Assembly (NCBI RefSeq): GCF_011386835.1
Contig: NC_088798.1
Coordinates: 41,044,001-41,108,000, forward strand
Length of the DNA stretch: 64,000 bases
Reading direction: 5' to 3'
From: Chrysemys picta bellii
Lineage: Eukaryota
Of this stretch, positions 1 through 13,027 are shown one piece after another. Below the pieces are notes generated by a model. It was given only the letters and a program-made list of their open reading frames with translations. It was not told the DNA's origin and did no database searches. Made by a program: the position numbers and the translations under genes. The stretch's first letter is position 1; each line of letters begins with the position of its first letter.

Positions 1-251
1 GTAGTGATTTTCCAGACCCCTGCTGTTGATGTTCACATCTGCCATGCAAACAGTAAGAAGACCTCTGCTGTTTTCTGATCATTTTGATTAGTGAGTACTT
101 GAAGAAATTTGAACAGCAGATTGAACAGTCATTGCTAAACTTGATAACAATGGACCTAAAAACATTTTTTGATACATTATATTGCATCCTATGAGATAAC
201 ATAGTCACAAAACCATGCCAAATACATCATCTCCTAAACATTAGGACCTAC

Positions 252-279
252 CGCCCTTTGATATAGTTGACCCTTCCTC
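252..279 (-). other. Candidate 28-nt micro-exon (unverified)
   Basis: On the minus strand a long poly-T tract plus ACACACAG acceptor precedes GAGGAAGGGTCAACTATATCAAAGGGCG, followed by a GTAGGT donor. All three frames are open; no protein recognised. Confidence 0.25.
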
Positions 280-668
280 CTGTGTGTAAAAAAAAAAAAA
301 GGCATGTGGTAATGTTTCGATTCTTTGGGGGCAGTCAATTATTGCCCTATAATTATAGGCACATAGTATTAATTTTGTGATTTTTTTTTTCTAAACTTGT
401 GCAGTAAATGCCATGTAGTAATTTGAATACATCAGTAAATACAAACATATTTTCCTGGACTATGTTGTCCATATACAGAAACCCCAAAAAGTGAAAGGAA
501 AACAGAGTAAAATTGCAAAAAAAGGGGGAGTATTTGATGCATTTCTTCAGCACAAGTTAGTAAAGATTTTACTAAAAGACTTGCACAGAAATTTCAAATT
601 GACCTAAAATTGTAAAATTTGGGAAATAATTAAAAAGTAAAATACAGACATTTTAGTTATGCTTTAGG

Positions 669-870
669 GACCTGACTCTTAGGCCAGTTAAGTCAATGGG
701 AATCTTTTTACTCACTTCCAGTGGCCTTGAAACAGCCCCAAACTCCAAATCCTACATATACGTACACATGCTTATCTCTACTACTGTGAGTAGCCCTATT
801 TATTTCTGTGGGACTACTCATATAATTAAAGTATAAACACATTTGTAAGTATTTGCAGGATCAAGACCTT
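669..870. repeat. Example of short degenerate palindromic MITE-like repeats with a TCAATGGG core
   Basis: GGG(A/C)CCTGA...AGTCAATGGGA...GCAGGATC pattern. Similar units recur near 1040-1140, 4300-4480, 14150-14285, 19915-20110, 20885-20955, 37800-37930, 40250-40380, 53490-53620, 62760-62895 and 63570-63640. Family assignment uncertain. Confidence 0.6.
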
Positions 871-1949
871 AGTGTAATTCTCAAAACAGCCTTAACTAGG
901 AGTCATTGCCAACAACTCCGTAAGTTATCATCATAGTGATTAGTGCACACCAATGTCCAAAGATAAGGCCTTCCAAACTACGGAGTAACATGTGATCACT
1001 TATTATATGAAGTTTAATTTCTTGCTACCCATCACATGCAAGCCTGACTCTCCTCTTACACTGGTGTAAATCAGGAATAAACCCATTGACGTCAATGGGT
1101 CTAAACCACTGTAAAACAAGATGTAACTGGGATCAAGGTCAAACTCATAGACTGAAAGGGTTAGAATATAAAACAAATTTATTTTGGATCTCTCTTTCAC
1201 TTTCCTCTTTGATACTCCAATGACAAAAGTCTCAGACCAATTCAGCGTCTAGCTGTTATTATACAAAAAAAGGAGAAATGCATCAATTTGTAAAGCTTAA
1301 TTAAAAGATGCTGCACCAAAGAAGTTTTCAATAAAAAAATCTCATCTCTCTCATAAGTTCCATTGATTTTCATATAGATCTGATGACTTCTGTGGAATTG
1401 AAAATATTTGCATTAACTGTATTTCAGGTTTTTTGGGTTTCCTGGAATGAATATCTTAAACCATTTTATGCCAGTCTAGGATTGAACTATAGGGTACAAT
1501 GAAATAGAAAAATATCAGGTTGTGTACTCATGGTAACACCGTGCCAGTACTTACAACCAGTATCCTGGAACTTCTACACATGCACAGCCAGAGCACCCAT
1601 TATCGTCCAAGTATAGTACTGCTATTATGGCAGGAGGCAGAATTTGTGTCACCTTGTATTAACCTGAATATAGCAATTTTCAAATGTTAAAATTCAAGCC
1701 ACAAATAATGCTAAACAACAGCTTGCTTTGGAATGAGTGTGGATTTAAAAAAAATATATCTTTTCAAATTATGGATTGATTAAAAAGGTTTCATCTTGGG
1801 TGATGCTGATTTATTCACCTTGATTATTAAAACATTGATAATGATATCTTCATTGGAAAAAAATGTATTATAATAGTTTAGTCTCCTCTGGACTTTTATA
1901 CTTTGGTCTAATTTCAGTAGCTAGGTTTAGTGTGCGGTTCCTGGGTAGT

Positions 1950-2012
1950 GTTGGCAGTCTAGAGGTCAGACTAGATGATCTGGTGGTCCCTTCTGGCCTT
2001 AAACTCCATGAC
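1950..2012 (+). mobile_element. CR1 LINE extreme 3' end fragment
   Basis: GAGGTCAGACTAGATGATCTGGTGGTCCCTTCTGGCCTTAAACTCCATGA matches the conserved CR1 3' terminal stem and tail pattern. Confidence 0.7.
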
Positions 2013-3109
2013 ACACAAACATTTCTACTGCTAATATTTTAGGATGTGTAGAAACAGTAATCGAAGAGAGTGGAATTGTTTACACATTGAGTAAAGGAGA
2101 GTTTTACAGCACTGTGTCAATATCATTAGTTTGTCATTTTGGGCTGCTTTCGACTGTTGCCCTCAAACATGGTGCTGAAATACGTTAAATATTTAAAAAG
2201 GCACGCTAATATACTGAGTTTTAACAGCAAAGGAGGAAGCCTGCACGATAAAACTACACTTCAGAATCTACAGTTTGATTTTCAGATCCATCAATCAAGC
2301 TAAATACTGTAGAATGACAAGCAGTAAGTTTCTAGAGGTTGACCTTCCAAGGATGATCACCACTTGTTATGGAAGAGGAGGGAAACAACTAAAAAAAAGG
2401 AAATTAAAATGATCTCTCAAAATTCCAGATCAATGGCTGTTAAAGGCAGAGACCCAGTTACATTTTGGGAGAGTAGCTCCTAAACATCAAATTGCCTACT
2501 AGCTTCAAATAGAAAAGAAACACACAAAGGAGAATGTGAGGACTTAGAAGAAAAAATAACACTGAATTACAATGTGTTGCTTTAGTTAATGCACGCATGG
2601 AGGGGGAGTTTGTATAGCTAGGTAATTGTCTTAAATTGGTTTTCCATTCATATATGGCATTACTCACATTATGGCATTAACAGATTTACTGTGGTTACAG
2701 TACACATACATTTTAACTCTAGATTTAACTCAACTGCCTTCAATTCACAGCAGCATATTGATTTGTTATTCATTTGTCCTCTCTCGATATATTATTAAAA
2801 GAAATAGAGCCACAAAGCAGTACTTTATTTTCAGTGTTAGAGTGTGAACACCACTCAAGAGGTTAAACATAAAGCTCTACAGGGCTGGTTTTTGTAAAGC
2901 CGGAAAGCCCACACCCATGGGACAAATTCTGGCAGATACTGAAGGAAAAATTCAGCTTCCATTTTTAATGAATCAGTAAAGCCAGATTCTCAGTCAGTAT
3001 GCATCAGTGAAGCCCCATTAAAGCCAAGAGAGTTATTTGATTTACATCAGTTGAGATTAGGACCTCATGTTTCTAGTCCATCTCTTTTAAAATTTATACA
3101 GGTGTAAAA

Positions 3110-4082
3110 AGATATGAATAGACTCCGGAAGGAACCATCATGATCATCTAATCTGAAGTCCTGCCCATTGCAAACTACAGAACCTCGCCCACCTACTCCT
3201 TTAATAGACCCCTAACCTCTGGCTGCTACTGAAGTTCTCAAATCATGATTTAAAGACTCCAAGTTATAGAGAATCCACCATTTACACCGGTTTAAACCTG
3301 AAAGTGACTTGTGCCCCATGCTGCAGAGGAAGACAAAGCCCCAGGGTCTCTGTTAATTTGACCCATGAAAAAAATCCTTCCCAATTCCAAATATGATAAT
3401 TAATTAGACCCTGAGCATACGGGCAAGACCTAACAGCCAGAAAGCTGGACAAGAATTCTCTGAAGTAACTCTGAGCTTTCCCCATCTAGTGTCCCATTAA
3501 TGACTGTTGGAGATATTTGCTGCTAGCAGCTGCAGACTGGCTACATTGGAGGGATAGCTCAGTGGTTTGAGCACTAGCCTACTAAACCCAGAGTTGTGAG
3601 TTCAATCTTTGAGGGGGCCCCTTAGGGATCTGGGGCAAAATCAGTACTTGGTCCTGCTAGTGAAGGCAGGGGGCTGGACTCAATGACCTTTCAAGGTCCC
3701 TTCCAGTTCTAGGACATAGGATATTTCCATTATTTAAAAAATTACATTGTAGGCAGTCAGATCATACTAGGCCCTCTGTTAACTTATCAAGCTCAGTCCT
3801 GAATCCAGTTAGTTTTTTTTGCCACTACTGCTCCCCATGGAAGACTATACAAGAAATTCAGTCCTCTGATCATTAGAAACTTTCATCTAATTTCAAGCCT
3901 AAACTTGTTGATGGTCAGTTTATGTCCAATTTTCTTGTGTTCACATTGGCACTTAATGTAAATAACTCCCTCACTGGTATTTATCCTTCTGATGTATTTA
4001 TAGAGAGCAATCATGTTTCCCCTCAGACTTTTTTTGGTGAGTCTAAACAAGCCAAGCTCATAAGGTAGGTTTTCCACTCCAT
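3110..4082 (-). mobile_element. CR1 LINE 3' fragment (RT C-terminus + 3'UTR), interrupted by a SINE
   Basis: ORF 3883-4077 reads LGLFRLTKKSLRGNMIALYKYIRRIN...NKFRLEIR, typical of the CR1 ORF2 C-terminus. A CR1-type 3' end lies at ~3120-3160 on the minus strand. Confidence 0.85.
3549..3742 (+). mobile_element. tRNA-derived SINE with CR1-derived 3' tail (tortoise PolIII/SINE type)
   Basis: A-box GGATAGCTCAGTGG, B-box GAGTTCAATC, CR1-like tail GGACTCAATGACCTTTCAAGGTCCCTTCCAGTTCT. Flanked by TACATTG direct repeats at 3542-3548 and 3743-3749. Confidence 0.9.
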
Positions 4083-5235
4083 AGAGATAAAAGGAACAAA
4101 AAACTGGACTCCGCTTTTGCAGTAGGAAGATAGATGTGTTTGTAGGACTTAAAAATCTCTCCAGTGCTTAAACCTTTAGCTAAAATGGGTCAAATGACTT
4201 TGGGCTACACTCCAAAGAACTATCACAGAAACCTTCCCCAAAATTCTTAGGCCAGCACTGGGCTAGTGGCATGATCATGATGGACAGGAACTGGATTACT
4301 TTTGCAGGCCCATTGAAAATGGTAAGACCAGCTCAGATACTGTTCCATAAACTCAGAACTAAGAGTCAATGATCCTGGAGTCCTCCCTGTAGATATTGTT
4401 CATTATGGACATGGTCCTACAATCAAATCAAGCAAAACAACCATGAAAGCTTTGCCTGAACAAGCACTGCAGGATCAGGCCCATAATGTAAGAATTTCTT
4501 TTACCTCAATTCAGATGCTGGATGCATATTATTACATGCTGTAATGCATATTCTGAGTATGAATGTTTTGGGATGTTATAGTTGACACTAAAACTAGACA
4601 TATCAGCAAAAAACCCTTTTTTCTGATAAGTTACAAATTGAAATGTCAAAAGAAAAATTCCCTATTTAGATCATTTTGAAAAAGCTAGATTTATTAGGAT
4701 GTTCTATGAAATTATGACATGACTGTTTATTATAACTAGGAGAGATTTGCTTTAATTACCTGGGTGGAATGCCAGTATCTCCAGTCACAAACAGGAATTA
4801 TGTGCACTTGTTAAAATGCTTTATTTTGAGATGACTTGCTCCACTATGTAATCTCAGGGTGAATCACTCCTCATCTGATCAGCAGCATTGATACATATAT
4901 ATTGTGGGGAATACAAATATAAAGAAAAAATATCTCTGTATGTTTAGAGGAAGAAAAGCAAAGAGAAGTGCTTAGTAATCTACGGGGAAAAATGTAAGAT
5001 CTTTTTCTCTTTTATTCTTAGAAATGAAAATCTGCAGTTGAAGAAGGCTCGGAGAAGGAAGTTGGGAGGAACCATAATTGTGCCAAAGAGGAAAAGGAAC
5101 AGCAGATGGTACAAAATATAGTATGAAGAGTAGCACTAACAAAGCCCCCTGTCACCCATCATAGAGAACCAATTCCTTCATTTCTCAAAGGATGAACATA
5201 AGCAGGAATAGATGCTGCTGCTAAAATGCCTGAAT

Positions 5236-5510
5236 AATAACTGTAATTGGCACTTCTATAGCGACTTTCATCAGAGAATCTCAAAACACTTTACAAGCAC
5301 TCTTCATTTCCAGTACGGTATAATCAGGCCAGGTGCTGAGTGTCTCCTGCAATGGAATTTGAGGGTGTTCAGCACAATGAAGGAAGCACTTAGCAACTTG
5401 CATAATCAAGTCCTTTGGACTTATAACACCACTGTGAGATAAACAGACACATTTTAGAGAAATAAATGCAGATTTAAAGCCTTGTGGACAGTCAGATGTA
5501 AGTAGAGTTG
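5236..5510 (-). mobile_element. Degenerate MIR/CORE-SINE-like remnant
   Basis: CACTTCTATAGCGACTTTCATC...AAAACACTTTACAA and CACATTTTAGAGAAATAAATGCAGATTTAAAG...TTGTGGACAGTC resemble the MIR minus strand; heavily diverged. Confidence 0.4.
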
Positions 5511-6513
5511 GGGGCATATGCTGAAATAACATACCTGAGACGGTTTTCTTTTAATACTCTCATTTTACATTGTCACTGCTTCCTGATCCACACTAGGTGA
5601 AGTCCATTGCCTTGAGTCTCATTTTAGGAGTGCAAGGTATTGGCTGATTGGGACCCTTCACAGCTTGTCATGTGGTTTAATGTGAGGTCACAGCTAGAAC
5701 TGGTCAAAATTTTTCCATCAAGAAGATTTTGATGGAAAACAGCTAGGTTGAAAACTAAAACTTCAAAGGAAAATGTCCATATTGACTTTATTTTTCATAG
5801 GAAAAAAAAGAAAAACATTACAGTTTTGGATTTTTGACAAAACATCTGAAAAAAAATTGAGAAATAGTTAGCTAAAATATTTTTGGAGGGGGGAAGGAGT
5901 TGAGAAAAATTCTCAAGCAGTTCTAGATGAGGCATCTGGATTTTCATGTATAAACTAGACCTGTCTGGATTCAGTTTGAAGTTGTACATTAGCACTGTGG
6001 CTATTTTAATGAGTTCTAATTTCTGTTGTGTGGCTGGCAAGTCACTTAAAACTGCACCCATCTGTGCTTCTGTATTTTCTTACAGGAGTTCTCTGTACAG
6101 TAAATGCATAATTTGCTATAGGTCTCTGTGCTTTCTTTATGGATTACCTAAGTAATACTGCAAATACCGAGCTCCCTAAGGCAACTGACAAACCACTGCA
6201 TGAACAGGACAATGGTTCATCTAGTTCACATTCCTGTCTCTGTCAAAGTCCATGTAGGATGTCAAACTGTGGCTGACTCAGGCAGAGATGCACATACAAA
6301 AAGGTAGAAGGGCACAAGAAGCAAGCTCTCCCTACTGGAGCCAGACACAACCATAGTCTGCCCATGCACTCCCTTACTAGTGTCCCTACGGGTCACAGTC
6401 AACCCAGGAAGGGTAGGAATGATCCTGTGCTCCCTTAGCTCCATCTGCACTGGCCAGAAGAGCAATTCAAGCCCACTGCTTCTTGTCCTTTCTTCAGAGG
6501 TTCCTCCTCCTTG

Positions 6514-6722
6514 TCATAACCTTTTATGTTCCCTTCTCAGTCTTTTCTTCTTCAGACTAAACAAACCCAATTTTTTCAATCTTCTCTCAAAGGTCATGTT
6601 TTCTAGACCTTTAATCCTTTTTGTGGCTCTTCTCTGAACTTTCTCCAATTTGTCCACATATTTCTTGAAAAGTGGCTCCCAGAACTGGACACAATGCTCC
6701 AATTGAGGCCTAATCAGCACCT
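6514..6722 (-). mobile_element. CR1 LINE ORF2 (RT C-terminal) fragment
   Basis: [61 protein letters not shown] is a canonical CR1 ORF2 motif block. Confidence 0.92.
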
Positions 6723-7012
6723 AGAAGTCCAGTGCAGTGAACTGTTGGTAAGGCATTTGGCTTTACAGATAGAGGGAGACAAAAATAATTAATTTAAAAA
6801 AAAATCTTATAAACAGTCCTAGTTCTTCTGTAATGTAGCTGGCATGTGCAGGAAATATGATGGTATGTATAGGCTACTCATGAGTAATGTAAGTATGCCA
6901 AACCCATGCTGAATAAAGCCTTCACTGAATTCCATTTTACACGAATATAAAAGCGTAAGATAGACAGCAGCTAAGAGCCACAGAAAATCAACCATTGGTG
7001 GAAACAAAAATA

Positions 7013-7144
7013 CCTCAGGCAGGGGGGAGGAATAAGTGTGATTACACCTCACTAATGGCAAGAGAGAGAGGATGTCATGTGGCATTAACATTTTAAGTGC
7101 TGTGAATGTGTGTGCTCTTTCTTATTCCTCCCCCCTGTTTGAGG
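7013..7144. repeat. Inverted repeat with 24-bp stem (17-bp perfect core) and 84-nt spacer
   Basis: CAGGGGGGAGGAATAAG (7020-7036) is the exact reverse complement of CTTATTCCTCCCCCCTG (7121-7137). The stem extends outward to 7013/7144 with two G-T pairs. Confidence 0.85.
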
Positions 7145-7283
7145 GCTACATGTTTGTGTTTCCACTGATGGCTGGTGTCCTCTCCTGCTCTTTGACTGCC
7201 ACCTGTCATTTGCTTCTGTATTTAAAAGTGTTATATAATAAAAACATATGATGAAGAGGAGGTGAATGCCTGTCTTGTCTCAC

Positions 7284-7387
7284 CCTCATAGAAGTTATTT
7301 CTGGTTTGGGGCACACTGCTGTCTCTCTTCCTCCCAAAATCCTGGCAAATGATTCATCAACAAGTTCTGACATTTTCCATTGCAATT
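7284..7387 (-). other. Candidate 104-nt exon (unverified)
   Basis: Branch-like CTAAC plus ATTTTCATATGCAG acceptor and AGG|GTGAGA donor. Only one frame is open (LQWKMSELVDESFARILGGRETAVCPKPEITSMR); no homologue recognised. Confidence 0.3.
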
Positions 7388-8594
7388 CTGCATATGAAAA
7401 TGTTAGTTTCAAAACCAGAAATTGGAAAAGAATAAATGAAAAATGTTGCCCAGATATAGGTTTTGATTCGGCTCTCACTCACAGGAAAATCATGCATAAA
7501 TCCACTGCGGTCAATAGTTACACTGTTGTAATACTGGTGTAGTAAATTAAATCAGGTCCATCCTTGAGACTCATTGCCTAGTAAAAGGGAGATGGGAGCA
7601 ATGGTGGCCAGGCCAGCCCCAGGTGTTTTATCGCAGTGTAGACATACCCTAAGTGTCCCTACTCCTCCTTGCCCAGATTGCTCAATTCTGAATAGGAAGG
7701 ACAGATCACCTTTAGATCTGCTTGACATGTCTGCTAAAACAGACATCAAGGGTTAGTGTCAAGTGGAACATGGACATTTTCTCACTATGGACCAGACTGA
7801 AGCCATTAATATATTTTACATAGGCTGCTGAAAAGCCATCTCATACAAATGTCTTTTGTTCTCTGCCAGCCTGGGCAACATTCAAAGTAATCACCTAGAG
7901 GTCAAAGTTTTATCCCATTACCAATTCCAAGAAGAAGAACGTCCCATTTAGTTAGTTGTCGATTGAGCTGAGGTGCATTATTTGTATTTAGCAACATTAA
8001 TTCAAGACTTCTCAAAGTGAATTTGTAATACACTTAGTTGATATGTAAAATATTTGCCTATAGATGCACCTATGTTTGAGAAACAAATAGAGAATACAAG
8101 AGCCTCTCAGAAGGGGGCAGGGGAAGATACAAAAATATTGTCTTCTGAGAAGGGAATAAAGAAATCAGGCTTATTTTCGCATCATAAGCATGACAGAAAT
8201 TGCCAGTGCAAGGTGCGCCCTTGGCCTCATGTACAGGAGTGCTGTGTATCTGCAGCACGTATTTACTTCAATGGGAGCGGAGGATAGTCAGCACTTCTAA
8301 ACATCAGCCTAGGATCTGTATCCATAGTGTATGTAATGCCATGACCACAGAGCCCAATTCTCTTTCCACATACACTGATGTTAATCAAAGTTAACTCCAT
8401 TGCATTAAATGTGGTTACACCAGTGTAAAATTGGTGTGACAAGCAAACAGACCCAATGAACTATCTAGGAATTATCTATATGCAATTGTACTTATAATTG
8501 TGAAGGTTTTTAAAAAAGGAAAATACACTAAGGAAATCCACCTGAAGAGACAGTTTTAAAAGGCCTCTTGATTCAACAGATATGGTATGTGCAT

Positions 8595-9687
8595 TGTGAC
8601 CGAATTTACCCCTGTATTCACACCCTACACACTATTGTAATAATATCTGTACAGAATATGCCTGTGTGGTCTCATTTGAAAATGTATAACTTGATGGTCA
8701 ATACTATCTTGGTGAAATGTATGTAGCAATACTATATGTAAAGTCATGAATTCCCCCTGTCTGATGTTGGTAGCATATCTTCAAACCCACAGAGCCCTGG
8801 TTAGGAAGGAGTGGTTAAACTGGTCTATCTTTAACAAAGGATTGCATGTTTGCCTCCATTTACATATAAGTAGTAAACAGGGTCCTTGAGACAGCAAGCT
8901 AGAGACAAGGCAAATCTGAATTTCAGCATATACTGAGAAGAGGAAAGAGCATGGGCCCACTTTCACTACTGTTTGAATAAACCTTGCTTTGAGGGGCAAT
9001 CCTCAGAAGAATCCATTTCAAAGCAGGACTGGGCTATAAAAGTGAGGGGCAAAAACAGCCCAGGAGTTCTCTACCTCTTGTTCTTTCACCTAAGACAACA
9101 AAGGAGCCAGCCCTTTGGTCTTTGGGGGCAGAATCTGACTTGAGAATTTGGTCAATTATGTTGCTGGGGTCATGTGGTAAGGATTTTACCTTGAAGCAAC
9201 TCTTGTAACCATTTCTGACTTTAATTCCTTTTGTACTCACTTAAAATTTTTTTGTAGTTACATAAACTTGTTTTATTCTTTAATCAAAACTAATCCAGTG
9301 TTGTATTTAAACTGAATTGTTTGGTCACTAAAATTAAGGTAGCAAATTATTGTATATTGACACCTTACAGGGGCAATGGACCTCTAATATTGAAACTGTC
9401 CAGGAGAGGACTGGACAGTGCAGAGCACATATTTTTGGGGAAAATCTGGGACTGGGAGTTTGTTGGGGTCACCCTGCAAATAGAAAACAAGGTTGGTGGA
9501 AGCCAGAGTGTTGACTGGAGTGTTGCTGCCACTCAGACACTCAGGCTGTGAACTGCATACTGTTTGGCTGTTTCTGAAGGATCCAGGTTGGGAACTACAG
9601 CAGCAAATCATTGTGAGGCACCCAAGGTTGCAGGGCAGGTAGTGACACAACCCTTCACTAGACAGGATTACACTTCAGAATGTGATA
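8595..9687 (+). mobile_element. Solo LTR (~1.1 kb, Gypsy/ERV-type)
   Basis: Begins TGTGAC and ends GTGATA (degenerate CA end). Flanked by 5-bp TGCAT duplication at 8590-8594 and 9688-9692. TATA-like GGCTATAAAAG at ~9032. Confidence 0.75.
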
Positions 9688-10384
9688 TGCATCTTTCATG
9701 AAATGTGTGCCTACACGTGATGAGCATTTTAAATGGAGCAGAAATAATTCATAACTAGAGCTACCTGAAAAACAAAAAAATTTGAGCATATAATAAACTT
9801 TATTTCATATCATGTCTATCAGCATGGTATCCAATCACCAGGGTTTTCCTGATTTTGTATTTCAATACAAACTTGCAACTCTGATTTGTTCACTAAAATT
9901 TGTGAGCCTTTTGGTAAGCTAGGCCGAGTGCCTCACAAACTGGAGCCTATGAATGGTTTCGCATCAAAATCATGGGATTTTCAGTTTTGCATGGTTTTAA
10001 CATGAAGCCAGGTAAAACGCAGCTGAAAACTGAGTTTTTCTTTACCGCTGTTTGTTCAAAGTGAAACAGAGGGAGGAGGAGGAGGATGTTAACCCAGATG
10101 GGTTTAAATCAGAGAACATGTCTGCACAAACCCTTGAAGTGTTAACGTTCCAGGTTTTCCACAGCTCTATTAAGCTCCTTTTTAAAAAAGTTCTTTCCCC
10201 TTTTGTTCCAGTCATTGTAATTCAAGCCACAAACTTTAGTGAAACTTCAACTCAGTTTAAGTTAAAATAAAACAAATCCCCTCAGTTCTTAACTTTCAAA
10301 TTCCAGTGTCTGCATTCAGACCCCACCAGCAATAAGATCAAGAGCTTGCTTTCTCCTGGCAGACTTACACAGAAAAGGGGGGGA

Positions 10385-10938
10385 GGTGGTGAGGCATTTG
10401 GAATGTGGGAAGGGGCTGTGGATTGAGGTAGGGGTTTGGGGTGTGGGAGGGGGTGAGAGCTCCAGATGGGGGTGCAGGCTCTGGGGTGGGGCCAGGGATG
10501 AGGGGTTTGGGGTGCTGGATGGGGCTTCAGATTGTGAGGAGGCTCAGGGCTGGGGCAGGGGTGTGGGCCTACCTCAGGCAGCTCCTGGTCAGCAGCGCAG
10601 TGGGGCTAACGCAGGCTCCCTCCTCGTCCTGGCACCACGCTGAGCCCCAGAAACAGCCAGCAGGTCCAGTTCCTAGGTGGGGGGGGGAGGGGCAGAAGGC
10701 TCCATGTGCTGCTCTCGCCTGTAGGAACCACCCCCCCAGCTCCCATTGGCTGTGGTTCCTGGCCAATGGGAGTGCGGAGCCAGTGCTCAGGGTGGGAGCA
10801 GCACGTAAAGCCCTGTGCCCCCTCCCCCGCACCTAGAAGCCAGACCTGCTGGCCGCTTCCGGGGTGCAGCTTGGTGCCAGGACAGGTAGGGACTAGCCTG
10901 CCTTAGCCCCGCTGCACCGCCAACTGGACTTTTAGTCA
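10385..10938. mobile_element. GC-rich internal fragment of a non-autonomous hAT element
   Basis: Shares the CAGCTCCCATTGGC...GCCAATGGGAG hairpin core, GGCTAA-GCAGGCTCCCT and G-rich tandem tracts with the elements at 15655, 29113, 31780 and 48968. Termini not found. Confidence 0.7.
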
Positions 10939-11427
10939 GATGGATGCACAAGAGGGGAGAAGAAAGATCACATGGGCAATCATAAAAGTGACATTTCCTA
11001 ACATTTTGTGTGTGCGTGTGTGCACACACATGCTCACACACTTAAAAACAGTCTTGTACATTGGATGTATCCTGCACGGTTTCTGTTTTCAGAAGCCGAA
11101 GTCAGAAAAACAGACTTTGGCAAGAATTATTTCATGTTTAAAGTAATGGGCTCATTTTTTAATCAAGCTGACTTCTGAAGAATTCATGAAATGCTTATCA
11201 AAATTTGATTATGTGCTTCATGAATCTCTGAGTTTAATACTTTTTTTAAAAAATGGGAGGCAATAAATGCTGACTCCCTTTGATGAATCTGGTGCAGTGT
11301 AAATGGAATATACGGATGTTATAGAATAGTGGCCTACAGGCAGTACGTGAATGCTGAACTGAAGGCTGAGCATTGTCTTTCCAAACAGGACACATTTATC
11401 CTCTGACAGCCTGTTGTGTGAATTTAG

Positions 11428-11933
11428 GGGCTTGCAGCTGTGCTGCTGTAGTGCTTCAGTGAAGACACTACCTACGCCAATGGGAGAGCTTCTCCTATAA
11501 GTGTAGGTACTCCACCTCCCTGAGAGGCGGTAGCTATGTCAATGGGAGAAACTAGGCCTCCAACAGAAAAAGAACTAGATAATTTCATGGAGGACAGATC
11601 CAGCCATGGCTATTAGCCAGAATGGGCAGGGATGGTGTCCCTAGCTTCTGTTTGCCAGAAGCTGGGAATGGGCAACAGGAGATGGATCACTGGATGATTA
11701 TCTGTTCTGTTCATTCCCTCTGGGGCACCTGGAATTTGCCACTGTCGGAAGACAGGATGGTGGACCAGATGGACCTTTGGTCTGACCCAGTATGGCAACT
11801 CTTATGTTCTTATAGCATAGCACTGTCTACACTGGGAGTTAGGTCAGTATAATTGCATTGCACAGTGGTGTGGATTTTCCACACTCCAGAACAACATAAT
11901 TATACCAACATATGTTGCTAGTGTAGACAAAGC
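11428..11933. mobile_element. PIF/Harbinger-type MITE interrupted by a CR1 fragment
   Basis: Right terminus CTAGTGTAGACAAAGC and internal TGTCTACACTG repeat. Left terminus truncated (GGGCTTG). Confidence 0.6.
11567..11813 (+). mobile_element. CR1 LINE 3' end
   Basis: AAAAAGAACTAGATAATTTCATGGAGG...GGTCTGACCCAGTATGGC-CTTATGTTCTTAT tail. Near-identical subfamily to 59445-60104. Confidence 0.85.
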
Positions 11934-13027
11934 ATAGTTCTGGTAAGAGGTGCCACATTTACCAGTCCCAGAGACCGAAATGCCAGAAAAGCTTCTCCAT
12001 GCCAAAGCAGGTGAATCAATCTGGAGGAAATAAGTACAGAATATTTAAACCCATGATTTAGCAAAGAAAAAGCCTCCAGGGATGAAAGGTGGGGCAGCCA
12101 CAATGCCTAATTAATTCATGGCTTCTCTGCTAAAGGGAATGGTGGAAGACCAGCTTTGAGAATATTATGATGAAGGGACATTATCAGAATTTTTAAAATG
12201 TGGGGAAAACAGCTATTCTACTCTATACAGGTTCACAGTGGTATCCGAGCACCTTCTAGGAGTGCATTAAATGAAGTGACTAACATCTGTCATATATCCT
12301 TTCTACCACCCTTAACCCTCCCATCCCCTCAAAAAAATATTCTGTTGATGGAGGTGGGCTGAATTCAGTGAGAGTTTTGCCCGAGTTAAGGGGTTAGGAT
12401 TTGGTTCACCATGGGCTGGCTCCCTTAAAATTCAACCATAATCACCATGCTCTGTCATTATAATCAATGTCCATAGAGTAACCTTTTAATAATTATCAAA
12501 ATATTTGGTTCCAAGTGGTCACATAAAAGAGCTTCAAGGAGTTATCACCATAAGGTTTTGCTTTCCTGTTGCAAGAAAATATCAACTCCTATTTCCTGTT
12601 GTGGGGGAATTTAGCAATGCAATAAACTAACTTGTGTTTAGCATGTCCTGTGACAACAGGCAGGGTCACATCCATATGTGCAGTGGTCACTTCCAAATTC
12701 ACAGTATAACTTGCTCATGTGTGAGAATAAACATTGGAAATATTTCCATGTTGCTACTGAAAACAGATTGTCTACTAAACCAGGGTTCTCAGACTTCTGC
12801 ACAGCATGGACCATATCTCAAAAGAGAGATTGTATCACATGCAACATCTCCTTCCATTCACAACTGCACAGAACACTTCCCCATCCCATTTGCATCCAAT
12901 AAAATCCCTGTGGCAACTAAAACAATTGCTTACATGGAAAAGTATTTCATGCATTTATCCTACAATGTAGTTTAGCAGCTAAAAATGAGGAGTCTGTCAC
13001 CATGTGATCTATCCACTCTCTATAGAC

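Noticed and set aside
5022-5108. + strand 87-nt exon-like segment (NENLQLKKARRRKLGGTIIVPKRKRNSRW)
   Set aside because: Good acceptor but weak donor (GTACAA), no recognised homologue and no phase-compatible partner identified.
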